From Thermodesulfobacteriota bacterium (GTDB lineage: Bacteria > Desulfobacterota_D > UBA1144 > Nemesobacterales > Nemesobacteraceae), in NCBI GenBank assembly GCA_965202785.1, contig OZ241855.1, positions 1,536,001 to 1,600,000 on the forward strand: 64,000 nucleotides of DNA, written 5' to 3'. Position 1 is the stretch's first letter; every line of letters starts with the position of its first letter. A program made the translations under genes and the position numbers. The notes under the pieces were generated by a model. That model did not search any database and had not been told where the DNA came from. It was given only the letters and a program-made list of their open reading frames with translations. Shown here in pieces: positions 8,861 to 17,728 of this stretch.

Positions 8861-10291
8861 TCAGAAGTTCCTTACTCTTCCAAGCGCGTCAAGGGCTGCT
8901 TCCATTACGGCTTCAGAGAGAGTGGGGTGGGCGTGCTGGGTAGTGGCTATCTCATAAGGTGTCGTCTCTAGGGTTTTTGCCATTCCGATTTCCGCGATCA
9001 TCTCGGTCGCTCCATGGCCTATTATATGGCTTCCGAGAAGTTCCTTTGTCCTCGAGTCAAAAACCATTTTTACAAAGCCGTCCGTTTCCCCGGTCGCTAC
9101 TGCCTTTCCAACGGCCCTGAAAGGAAATTTCCCTATATCCACATCATATCCCTGGTCTCTTGCCTGTTTTTCCGTAAGGCCTATCATGGCAACTTCCGGC
9201 TGACAGTAAACGCAGCCCGGGATCGAGTCGTAATGTACTTTGGAGTTCATTCCCTTCATCCGCTCAACCGCGACGACTCCTTCCTCTGAAGCCTTGTGCG
9301 CGAGCATGGGACCTCCGATCACGTCCCCGATCGCGTAGATGTTGGAGCAGGTGGTCATGTAGTTCTCATCCGTTTTTATAAATCCTCTTTCATCAAGCTC
9401 AACGCCCACGTCTTCAAGACCCATGCTGTCGCCCGTGCCGTAGAAGGCAAAAGAGGTCGGCGCAGCGTTCGCGATGGCCCTTCTTCCAACCGACACAAGC
9501 ACCATGTCGGCCTTAAGGGTGGTCTGCTCCCCTGAAACCGTGCTCTCCACCGTTACGGTCGCAGAACCCGAGGTTTTCTTAAGGGATTTGTACACGGTTT
9601 CGTTTAGGATGGTCATTCCCTGCTTCCTGAATATCTTCTTTGCCTCTTTCGCTACTTCCTCGTCAGCTCCCGGCAGGATCTGTTTTTCCATTTCCACTAT
9701 GGTTACCTTGCTGCCGAAAGAGTTGTAGACATAGGCAAATTCCATTCCTATGTATCCTCCGCCTATTATCACGACGGAGCGGGGAACCTCGGGGTGCATT
9801 ATCGCTTCGTCGCTTGTCATTACAATTTTTCCGTCGATCTTGAGTCCGGGAAGTGTCCTGGGGACAGAGCCCGTGGCGAGAAGTATCCGTTCGCTTTCTA
9901 TATCCTGCGATTCCTTTCCGATAACGGAAATTCCGTGTTTTGAAGTGAGTCTGCCCGTGCCGCTTATAAGGGTTATCTTATTTTTCTTGAAAAGTCCCTC
10001 TACGCCCCTGTTCAGAGAAGTCGAAGCTTTTCTGCTTTTTTTTATTACTTCCGAGTAGTCAAAAGAAAGCCCCTTGTGGGTAATTCCGTAGCTCTCCGAG
10101 TCAAGAAAATGCGAGTACATCTCGGCGCACTTGAGGATTGCCTTTGAGGGTATGCATCCCCAGTTAAGGCATACTCCACCTGGTTTGTCCCGCTCGATAA
10201 CGGCAACTTTCATTCCCATCTGCGCGGCTCTTATTGCCGATATGTATCCTCCCGGGCCGGATCCTATAACTGTGAGGTCGAATTTTTCCAT
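8861..10291 (-). CDS. lpdA: Dihydrolipoyl dehydrogenase
   Basis: GSGPGG, GGVCLNWGCIPSK and HPTLSE motifs. Confidence 0.97.
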   Translation of the reverse strand: MEKFDLTVIGSGPGGYISAIRAAQMGMKVAVIERDKPGGVCLNWGCIPSKAILKCAEMYSHFLDSESYGITHKGLSFDYSEVIKKSRKASTSLNRGVEGLFKKNKITLISGTGRLTSKHGISVIGKESQDIESERILLATGSVPRTLPGLKIDGKIVMTSDEAIMHPEVPRSVVIIGGGYIGMEFAYVYNSFGSKVTIVEMEKQILPGADEEVAKEAKKIFRKQGMTILNETVYKSLKKTSGSATVTVESTVSGEQTTLKADMVLVSVGRRAIANAAPTSFAFYGTGDSMGLEDVGVELDERGFIKTDENYMTTCSNIYAIGDVIGGPMLAHKASEEGVVAVERMKGMNSKVHYDSIPGCVYCQPEVAMIGLTEKQARDQGYDVDIGKFPFRAVGKAVATGETDGFVKMVFDSRTKELLGSHIIGHGATEMIAEIGMAKTLETTPYEIATTQHAHPTLSEAVMEAALDALGRVRNF

Positions 10292-10300
10292 TTCGGGGTA

Positions 10301-10328
10301 ATTATATTTGTAATCAGCGCATCGTCAA
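10301..10328 (-). promoter_or_regulatory. Sigma70-type promoter of lpdA, near-leaderless
   Basis: TTGACG-16-TATAAT on the minus strand, 9 nt before the ATG, no SD. Confidence 0.6.
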
Positions 10329-10419
10329 AGGGGGTTTTAACTTTAAAAAATATTGACGATGGCGTGTATTATATCTTTCGCATGGGATTTTATGCTGGGC
10401 GTCAAGGAGACCAAGATAG

Positions 10420-11700
10420 ATGCGGGAAACGATAAAACTGCTGACTACGATAGTTCAGAAGACTGAATTTGAGGACAAAAATATTGGGACATTTACGTCT
10501 GCAGACCTGCGCAACATATGGCATAGTGACAAATTGAGAGGAAATGTATCATCGGCAAGATATGTTAAACCGAAAGTTCCTGAAGACTTGCTTGTAGAGT
10601 TTACAAATCAAATTCGCCATTTGTTATCTGATTATTTAGAACCTGAGACCGAGCGTATAGGCAATGGGCTGGTTGGTCTAATGGGTGGTTTACCTACCCC
10701 CCAAATAGCCGACTTCGCTAAAAGTTTAATTAGAGGTGCGGTTATTTTGGGACCTGAACGAGTGGTAAAATTGCTACTTGGATGGGTTGAAGGTGAGCCG
10801 CTTCATTACAAAGAAAAAGCTTTGCTTCGTGGTGTAATTATTGATCAACCTTTGGGATTGGAAGAAGAGATACACATTAGCAGTTTGCCAAAATCGTCTG
10901 CTGACTTACCTCCTCATCTTCCTCCATCAGCTATGTTCCACCACAGTCACCTAGATTTCTTGGGGGGTGTAATTTTATCCATTGATTGTGAAGCAGGACC
11001 GGCTTTCTACTTGCCATCAGAAGACGAACTGTCTTCAAGCAACTTCAAATACACACGGGCAAATGGAAAAATCCCTGAGCTTTCAATGGACACATTTTGT
11101 GAAGCTTTATCCCTTGCATGTAACAATCATGTTTGCTGGAAGTTTTTCTGGAGAGATTTTGGGGATCTTGAAGAATTCAATACCTATGTTATCCCTGGTA
11201 TGTCATATGCTGATGTCCCGATTAGAAGTTTCGGAACACCTCTTCTACAAGAACATTTAGAACAGGCGCGGGAGATTCATCTTACACGTTCCTCTTTCGG
11301 AGAAAAAAGAAGACATTTGGATACTGCGGTCAGTCGATGGATAAAGTCGAAGCGATCAAACTCAAGTCTTGCGGATAGATTTATCGATTTGAGGATAGCG
11401 CTTGAAGCATTGTATCTAGAGAACGACCACGAAGGAGAAAAAAGATTTCGTCTTGCGGCCCGTGGAGCATGGCACTTGGGTGCTAACTTTGCCGAAAGAG
11501 GAAAATATTACAAAACTCTTCTTGATGCCTATAGCCGTGCTTCAAGAGTGGTACACGCAGGTGAAAAAAATGTTAAAAAAGAAGACGAAGATCTACTTAC
11601 AGCCGCCCAAGATGTATGCAGAGAAGGAGTTCTAAAAAGACTCAAGGAAAAGGAAAAGCCGGACTGGGACAATATGATGCTAGGAGAGGATATTAACTAG
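10420..11700 (+). CDS. Apea-like HEPN domain protein (putative defence/RNase family)
   Basis: C-terminal FIDLRIALEALY...RFRLAARGAW...AYSRASRVVHAG; AT-rich single-gene insert with SD aggag. Confidence 0.7.
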   Translation: MRETIKLLTTIVQKTEFEDKNIGTFTSADLRNIWHSDKLRGNVSSARYVKPKVPEDLLVEFTNQIRHLLSDYLEPETERIGNGLVGLMGGLPTPQIADFAKSLIRGAVILGPERVVKLLLGWVEGEPLHYKEKALLRGVIIDQPLGLEEEIHISSLPKSSADLPPHLPPSAMFHHSHLDFLGGVILSIDCEAGPAFYLPSEDELSSSNFKYTRANGKIPELSMDTFCEALSLACNNHVCWKFFWRDFGDLEEFNTYVIPGMSYADVPIRSFGTPLLQEHLEQAREIHLTRSSFGEKRRHLDTAVSRWIKSKRSNSSLADRFIDLRIALEALYLENDHEGEKRFRLAARGAWHLGANFAERGKYYKTLLDAYSRASRVVHAGEKNVKKEDEDLLTAAQDVCREGVLKRLKEKEKPDWDNMMLGEDIN

Positions 11701-11829
11701 CTTTAATTTTTGAAGCGGGGGTCCTAAATTAATCAACACAACTCTAGATGTGAAGAAAACCGAAGCGGACAATCAATTTGTTAAAAAACTGATCAGTTTA
11801 ATTTGCTTTCTACATTACTTTTGCTTCCG

Positions 11830-11858
11830 TTGACAATACAGGAGGCGGAAATTATATT
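11830..11858 (+). promoter_or_regulatory. Sigma70-type promoter of hrcA-grpE-dnaJ
   Basis: TTGACA-17-TATATT, 10 nt before ATG 11869. Confidence 0.65.
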
Positions 11859-11868
11859 TCAAAAATAT

Positions 11869-12903
11869 ATGACGCAGCCAATCTCTCCAAGAAATGAAGC
11901 TTTTCTGGGTTTCGTAGTGGACCACTTTATTGAGACCGGAAGCCCCATCGGTTCCTCTGCCCTTATATCGAAATACGGTATAAAATGGTCTCCGGCCACG
12001 GTCCGCCAAGAGCTGAATTCGCTTATGGAAACAGGTTTTCTCGCCCAGAGTCATATCTCTTCGGGCAGATTCCCGACGGAGAAGGGAATAAATTATTACG
12101 TGGAGAACATTCTCAGCACGGAGAACTCACCGGATTTCGGTCTGCGCTCCCTTGAGAACAAGTACGAGGAGATTGACGGCACCCTTGATCACGTGGTAAG
12201 CGCCACAAGCTCGATACTTTCCGACTTTACGAAGCTTGCGGGCCTGGCGATGCTTCCCCAGAGGAACACCCTCAGGGTTAAGTCCGCGAAACTTCTCAAG
12301 ATGGGGGAGAAGGAATGTCTCATGGTCTTGGTGTTTGAGGGCGGGCTTACGGAAAAAACCTATATAAGGCTTGCCAAACCTATTCGAGATTCTCAGGTCG
12401 AGAGGATAGGAAGCTACCTCAATCGGCTGATTCTGGGTCTTACGATTGAGCAGGTGCGAAAGGTGGTGCTCGAGAAAATAAGGAGAACCACTACCGAGTA
12501 CAACGAAATCCTTGAAAAAGTGCTCAGGATAAGCAGCGAGCTTTTCGAGAGGGAAAGAAAAGTGGGGATATTCGTGGAAGGAAAAGCCTCGGTTATCGAG
12601 TCTCTGAGTTTTGGAGACTCGGGTCTCTATAAGACTATAATCGAGATACTTGAGGACCAGGAATTTCTCTCCAGCCTTCTGAAATCGGTTGTAAGAGATG
12701 GCCGCTCAAAGGTCTTTATAGGTTCAGAGAAAGGAATGCCTCGCGGCTTCAGTCTCGTCGCGGCTCCTTACTACAAGGGAAACAGCTACGGGAGCCTGGG
12801 TGTATTCGGTCCCACGCGAATGAACTATTCAAAAATCATCCCGCTTGTGAACTACACGGCGAAAATGGTCACAAAAAGGGTTAACGGAGAAATCACGGAA
12901 TGA
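11869..12903 (+). CDS. hrcA: Heat-inducible transcription repressor HrcA (divergent)
   Basis: PIGS..SPATVR..SGRFPTEKG and GVFGPTRMNY motifs; directly upstream of grpE. Confidence 0.92.
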   Translation: MTQPISPRNEAFLGFVVDHFIETGSPIGSSALISKYGIKWSPATVRQELNSLMETGFLAQSHISSGRFPTEKGINYYVENILSTENSPDFGLRSLENKYEEIDGTLDHVVSATSSILSDFTKLAGLAMLPQRNTLRVKSAKLLKMGEKECLMVLVFEGGLTEKTYIRLAKPIRDSQVERIGSYLNRLILGLTIEQVRKVVLEKIRRTTTEYNEILEKVLRISSELFERERKVGIFVEGKASVIESLSFGDSGLYKTIIEILEDQEFLSSLLKSVVRDGRSKVFIGSEKGMPRGFSLVAAPYYKGNSYGSLGVFGPTRMNYSKIIPLVNYTAKMVTKRVNGEITE

Positions 12904-13514
12904 GTGAGAACACAATCGCAGACGTTGAAGAGAATAAAGAAGACAGCGAGGAAGGTTCGCAGGAGCCTGAACTTCATGTAGCTGAAGGAGAGGGGGAAGA
13001 AACCGAAGAGGATGTCTCCGCGGAACTCGAAGCTTTAAGGGAGAAGTACTTAAGACTCTCTGCCGACTTCGATAACTATAAAAAGAGGCTGGCAAAGGAA
13101 AAACAGGAGATACTTGATTTCGGAAACGCGCACAGGTTAAAGGAACTGCTTTTCGTTCTCGATAACATTGAAAGAGCCATTGAGCTTTCTGAAGAATCAC
13201 ACGGCGAAAAAACGGATTTCGTAGCTTTTCTTGACGGAATAAAGATTGTTCACGCGCAATTTCTTGCGGGTCTTGAGAATTTCGGCGTTACTGAAATAGA
13301 TTCGAATGAGGGAACCGTTTTCGATCCCAGCTACCACGAAGCCGTTTACAAGGATCACTCGGAAACTTACGAAAGCGGGACTATAATCTCGGAGGTCCAG
13401 AAAGGTTACCTTCTAAATGGAAGATTGCTCCGACCCTCGATGGTATCAGTGTCTCAAGGTCCGGAGAAAAAACCTGAAAAAGACCCAGAAGAAGATTCTG
13501 AAGAAAAAGACTGA
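12900..13514 (+). CDS. grpE: Nucleotide exchange factor GrpE
   Basis: [18 protein letters not shown] and [15 protein letters not shown] motifs. Confidence 0.95.
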   Translation: MSENTIADVEENKEDSEEGSQEPELHVAEGEGEETEEDVSAELEALREKYLRLSADFDNYKKRLAKEKQEILDFGNAHRLKELLFVLDNIERAIELSEESHGEKTDFVAFLDGIKIVHAQFLAGLENFGVTEIDSNEGTVFDPSYHEAVYKDHSETYESGTIISEVQKGYLLNGRLLRPSMVSVSQGPEKKPEKDPEEDSEEKD

Positions 13515-13540
13515 CGAAAAGCCCGTCCCCCAATTCCCAA

Positions 13541-14620
13541 ATGGCTAAAGACTACTACGAAATACTGGGCGTTGAGAGAAACGCCTCACCCGAAGACATA
13601 AAAAGTTCCTACAAGGACCTTGCCTTCAAGTATCATCCGGACCGCAACCCGGGCGACGAGAAGGCTGAAGAGAAGTTCAAGGAAATAAACGAGGCCTACC
13701 AGGTGCTCAACGACAGGGACAAAAGGGCCCGTTATGACAGTTTCGGTCACATGTCGGGCGACGGGGTGGGCGGTTTCTCGGGATTCGGCGACCTTTTCGG
13801 AGATCTTTTCGATGACGTCTTCACGGGAGGAATGGGCAGGCGCAGAGCCCGCCAAGGGCAGAATCTGCAATACAGCCTTGAAGTGGATTTTGATGAAGCT
13901 GCGTTTGGAACTCAAAAAGAGGTAAAAGTCAGAAAAAGAAAGCTCTGCGATGAGTGCTCCGGTTCCGGGGCTGCAGTTGGGGGAGAATCGATTTGTGACC
14001 GCTGCGGAGGCAGGGGGTCGATTGCCTTCTCCCAAGGACCGTTCTCGATAAGCCAAGCTTGTCCTTCCTGCGGAGGAAGCGGGAAAATCATAACGAACCC
14101 CTGCAGGAGTTGCAGGGGTTCCGGGCTTTTACACACCGAAAAGATGGTACAGGTCAACATACCCGCCGGAATCTCTAGCGGAATGAGGCTTGTGATAAGG
14201 GGGGAGGGGGAACCCGGAGAACAGGGAGGCCCTCCAGGAGATCTCTACATACAGGTGATGGTAAGGGAACACCCTATTTTCACACGAGAGGGGAATGACA
14301 TCGTGTGCGAGTTCCCGATAAGTTTCACTCAGGCCGCCCTTGGGGATGAGGTAGATGTTCCGATTCTAAAAGGTACCACCAAAATGAAAATTCCCGCCGG
14401 AACCCAGCCGGGACAGACCTTCAGGCTCAGAGGAAAGGGCTTGGTGGATGTGGAATCGGGGAGTCTCGGCGATCAGTATGTCATGGTTAAGGTGGTAATA
14501 CCTCAAAAGCTCACCAAGAAACAGAAGGAAACTTTAAAGGAATTCGCCGTAAGTTACAACGAAGAGAAAGAACCTCTGATCGAGAAATACTTCAATAAAA
14601 TAAAAGAGTTAATTCACTGA
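13541..14620 (+). CDS. dnaJ: Chaperone DnaJ
   Basis: J-domain HPD, G/F region and four CxxCxGxG repeats. Confidence 0.97.
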   Translation: MAKDYYEILGVERNASPEDIKSSYKDLAFKYHPDRNPGDEKAEEKFKEINEAYQVLNDRDKRARYDSFGHMSGDGVGGFSGFGDLFGDLFDDVFTGGMGRRRARQGQNLQYSLEVDFDEAAFGTQKEVKVRKRKLCDECSGSGAAVGGESICDRCGGRGSIAFSQGPFSISQACPSCGGSGKIITNPCRSCRGSGLLHTEKMVQVNIPAGISSGMRLVIRGEGEPGEQGGPPGDLYIQVMVREHPIFTREGNDIVCEFPISFTQAALGDEVDVPILKGTTKMKIPAGTQPGQTFRLRGKGLVDVESGSLGDQYVMVKVVIPQKLTKKQKETLKEFAVSYNEEKEPLIEKYFNKIKELIH

Positions 14621-14630
14621 AACTAAAGTA

Positions 14631-14708
14631 TTATCTGATATTTCTGAAGCTTTTGTAAAAGCCCGTGCCGTTGCGGACGTCGGGTTCAACGAAGATTGCG
14701 ACGCTCAT
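14631..14708 (-). pseudogene. Probable VapC/PIN toxin remnant (MSVAIFVEPDV...*, 25 aa)
   Basis: ATG overlaps the antitoxin 3' end. MSVAIFVE resembles the PIN start M..xFVDTN; the sequence then diverges and stops. Confidence 0.5.
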
Positions 14709-14928
14709 GCAACTCTTCCCTCGAAGGCTTCCGGTCGTCGACCCGTTTCAGTTTTCGAGGCTTTCTCGACAGAAAACGCTCCATAGCGACTTCGTACTCA
14801 TCTTCTTTGTTTTTCATCCTTTCCAGAAGCTTGCCGACCCAACTGGAGACGCTGAGTCCGTCTTTGGCGGCTTTATCCCTGAGCCAGAGGGCTACGTCTT
14901 CTCGTAGCGTGATGGTAAAGTTTTTCAT
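14686..14928 (-). CDS. CopG/VapB-like antitoxin
   Basis: MKNFTITLREDVALWLRDKAA..SVSSWVGKLL..SREELHER pattern. This is the C-terminal 80 aa of track ORF 14686..15150. Confidence 0.8.
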   Translation of the reverse strand: MKNFTITLREDVALWLRDKAAKDGLSVSSWVGKLLERMKNKEDEYEVAMERFLSRKPRKLKRVDDRKPSREELHERRNLR

Positions 14929-15079
14929 AACAACCGGTATGCTGAAACGCGGAGACCGCGTCGAGCCGGTTTTGCTGTCAAAACCAGCCTTTTCAGAACC
15001 CCGAGCGCGGCGTATACACAAGGTGCGCCTTGGGTTCGGACGCAATGAGTCCGGAACCCGGACACGGTATTTCGGAAAA

Positions 15080-15352
15080 TTACCCCCCGGCGATTGCCGG
15101 AATGATTGATACGACGTCCCCGTCGTTGAGTTCCGTATCCACTCCTTCAAGAAACCTTATATCTTCGTTGTTAACGTAGAGGTTTATGAATCTTCTCACG
15201 TTTCCGCTCTCATCGCAGAGCCGGTTCTTAATTCCCGGACATTCGCTCTCAAGTTCCTCTATGAGTGCGGATACCGTGGATGCTTCTATGTCAAGCTCGT
15301 CCCTGTCTCCCGAGAGTTTTCTGAGAGGGGTTGGAATTCTTACCGATACCAT
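15080..15352 (-). CDS. MoaD/ThiS/CysO-family ubiquitin-like sulfur carrier
   Basis: [21 protein letters not shown] and C-terminal IPAIAGG. Confidence 0.93.
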   Translation of the reverse strand: MVSVRIPTPLRKLSGDRDELDIEASTVSALIEELESECPGIKNRLCDESGNVRRFINLYVNNEDIRFLEGVDTELNDGDVVSIIPAIAGG

Positions 15353-15427
15353 GTTTTTCTCCCGTTTCTTCCTAGGTTTATCCGAAATTCTGCTTCTAAC
15401 CGGATACTATGACTATAACACGTAACT

Positions 15428-16663
15428 TTAGAGTTTTTCACTGTTGTAAAGCTCTTCAAAATCTTCAAGGGTGGGGCCTATCAGCGCCGGTTTTCCAAGA
15501 CTTCCCTCAACGGCGTCCTGGGTCTTAAGGCCGTTGCCCGTTATTGATACCACGATGGGCTCGTCGCGGGGAATTTTTTCCTGCTCTATGAGCTTTTTCG
15601 TTACTCCGAGCGTCACTCCGCCGGCGGTTTCGGTGTAAATGCCTTCGGTCCTTGCGAGAAGTTTTATCGCGTCCACTATTTCCTCATCACTCACGTCCTC
15701 CGCCGCTCCGCCGCTCTCCCTTATTATGTTCATCGCGTAGTACCCGTCGGCCGGAGTACCGATGGCAAGGGATTTCGCTATGGTGTCCGGTTTTACGGGC
15801 TTGAACATCTCCCAGTCGTTCTTAAACGCGGTTGATATGGGTGAACACCCCGTCGCCTGGGCGCCGTATATTTTTGAACCCTGAGGCTCCACGATCCCGA
15901 GCAACTCAAACTCCTTTATGGCCTTCCAGACCTTGGTGAGAAGAGAACCGCTTGCCATGGGGACCACTATGTGCTTGGGGGCTTCCCATCCGAGCTGCTC
16001 CATCACCTCAAACGCGTATGACTTGGAACCTTCGGAGTAGTAAGGCCTCATGTTTACATTCACAAAGGCCCAGTTGTATTTGTCGGCGATCTGGCTGCAG
16101 AGCCTGTTAACGTCATCGTAAGTGCCTTTTACGCCTATGAGATTCGCTCCGTAGACTATGGTGTTGAGTATTTTTGACTGTTCAAGATCGTAGGGAATCA
16201 GTATGTAGCTTTTCAGGTTTCCGGAAGCGGAAATCGAGGATACGGAGTTTGCCAGATTTCCCGTGGACGCGCAGCCGGTCGTCTCGAATCCGAACTCTCT
16301 TGCCTTTGAGAGGGCTACGGATACGACCCTGTCCTTAAAAGAGAGGGTGGGGTAGCAGACCGCGTCGTTTTTCACGTAGATTTCGGAAACCCCGAGCTCT
16401 TTTGCAAGGTTTCTTGCCCGCACAAGCGGAGTGTATCCCACCTGGGTTCCGAGGGTAGGTTCTGAGTCGATCGGAAGAAGTTCCTTGTATCTCCATATGT
16501 TCTGCGGACGGGAGGCTATTTTCTCTCTTGAGATATGCTTTTTTATCTCGTCGTAGTTGTATACGGCTTCCAGGGGACCGAAACATGTCTCGCAAACATG
16601 CTTTGGTTCCTTGGGATAAACATCGCTGCATTCCTTGCATTTAAGAGATTCTACGAAGCCCAT
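15428..16663 (-). CDS. thrC: Threonine synthase-like PLP enzyme
   Basis: N-terminal CxxC..CxxC, PTLSFKDR, ASTGNLA and TGNGLKT motifs. Confidence 0.88.
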   Translation of the reverse strand: MGFVESLKCKECSDVYPKEPKHVCETCFGPLEAVYNYDEIKKHISREKIASRPQNIWRYKELLPIDSEPTLGTQVGYTPLVRARNLAKELGVSEIYVKNDAVCYPTLSFKDRVVSVALSKAREFGFETTGCASTGNLANSVSSISASGNLKSYILIPYDLEQSKILNTIVYGANLIGVKGTYDDVNRLCSQIADKYNWAFVNVNMRPYYSEGSKSYAFEVMEQLGWEAPKHIVVPMASGSLLTKVWKAIKEFELLGIVEPQGSKIYGAQATGCSPISTAFKNDWEMFKPVKPDTIAKSLAIGTPADGYYAMNIIRESGGAAEDVSDEEIVDAIKLLARTEGIYTETAGGVTLGVTKKLIEQEKIPRDEPIVVSITGNGLKTQDAVEGSLGKPALIGPTLEDFEELYNSEKL

Positions 16664-16848
16664 GGTGCCTCCAAAAGGTCAATCGGGAGTAAAAACTACC
16701 CTAAAGGCTTTTGATGTCAAAGAAATTCTGCGACTCGCGCTGCGGGTTTTAGAGAAGTTTTTGCTCACCTCGTCCGCAATGAAAGGCGCCGGTTTTTTTA
16801 TTCGCAATGAGGCTTTCAGGTACACTTTCACGCAAAAAGGAGACCCTG

Positions 16849-17640
16849 ATGAACGTAATTAGCGAAGACGGATTCTCAATACACGGCTTCAAAGTCGGCG
16901 AGAGCGACAGCAACTACAATTACCTGGTGGCGTGCGAGGAAACCGGGCAGTGCGTGGTAATAGACCCCCTTGATCCGATCACTCTGCTTGAAATCATAAG
17001 AAAGAGAGATTACAGGGTTAAGTACGTCCTGAATACCCACGCCCATCCAGACCACATTCACGGAAACAATCCCATAATAAAGGTCTTTCTCTCCTCGAAG
17101 ATACTTATTCATCAAACGGCCCTTGACTACGTCGCTCCAAGAAGCGAAGGCATAGAGGAAGGAGACGAGATAGATTTCGGGAAGCAGCGGCTCCAGGTGA
17201 TTCATACCCCGGGACACTGCCCGGAACATGTCTCCTTTATAATCGGGGACAATATTTTTCTGGGCGATACGGTGTTTGTTTCAGGATGCGGAAACGTAAA
17301 ATTCAGGGGAAAGGTCGAAGACCTATACGAAACCTTCGCTTTTAAGCTCTCCGCTCTTCCCGGCGGCCTCAGGATGTTCTGCGGTCATGACTACGCGGAA
17401 ACCAATCTCAAATTCGCTCTTGAACTCGCGCCGGAGAACAAGGACGCGAAGAAAAAGCTCGAGGAAATCTCCGAAGACAGGTTTCCCCGTTCAACCCTGG
17501 GGGAGGAGAGAACTTATAATCCATTCATGAGAACCAGTGATCCGGCCATTTTGGATTCGCTCAGGGAAAAGGATCCGTCTTTGGGAAGTGACCCGATGGC
17601 GGTTTTCATAAAGTTAAGAGAACTCAGGAACATATGGTAG
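16849..17640 (+). CDS. gloB: Hydroxyacylglutathione hydrolase (glyoxalase II, MBL fold)
   Basis: THAHPDH, TPGHC, GDTVFVSGCG, GHDY and EERTYNPFMR motifs; SD aggag before ATG 16849. Confidence 0.85.
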   Translation: MNVISEDGFSIHGFKVGESDSNYNYLVACEETGQCVVIDPLDPITLLEIIRKRDYRVKYVLNTHAHPDHIHGNNPIIKVFLSSKILIHQTALDYVAPRSEGIEEGDEIDFGKQRLQVIHTPGHCPEHVSFIIGDNIFLGDTVFVSGCGNVKFRGKVEDLYETFAFKLSALPGGLRMFCGHDYAETNLKFALELAPENKDAKKKLEEISEDRFPRSTLGEERTYNPFMRTSDPAILDSLREKDPSLGSDPMAVFIKLRELRNIW

Positions 17641-17728
17641 ACTCCGTATCTTTCCTTGTTCCCGTAAAGCGGCATTTGCCGGCAGGGGAAAAGGAAGAAT
17701 ATAATGCCTCTCGACAAGGCAGGGAAGA

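Noticed and set aside
14929-15150. N-terminal 74 aa of track ORF 14686..15150
   Set aside because: It overlaps the sulfur carrier gene and the hairpin spacer; only the part from ATG 14928 looks like a protein.
17641-17728. Possible SAM or cobalamin riboswitch before metH
   Set aside because: Only 88 nt with one purine/pyrimidine hairpin and a TATAAT; no riboswitch consensus recognisable.
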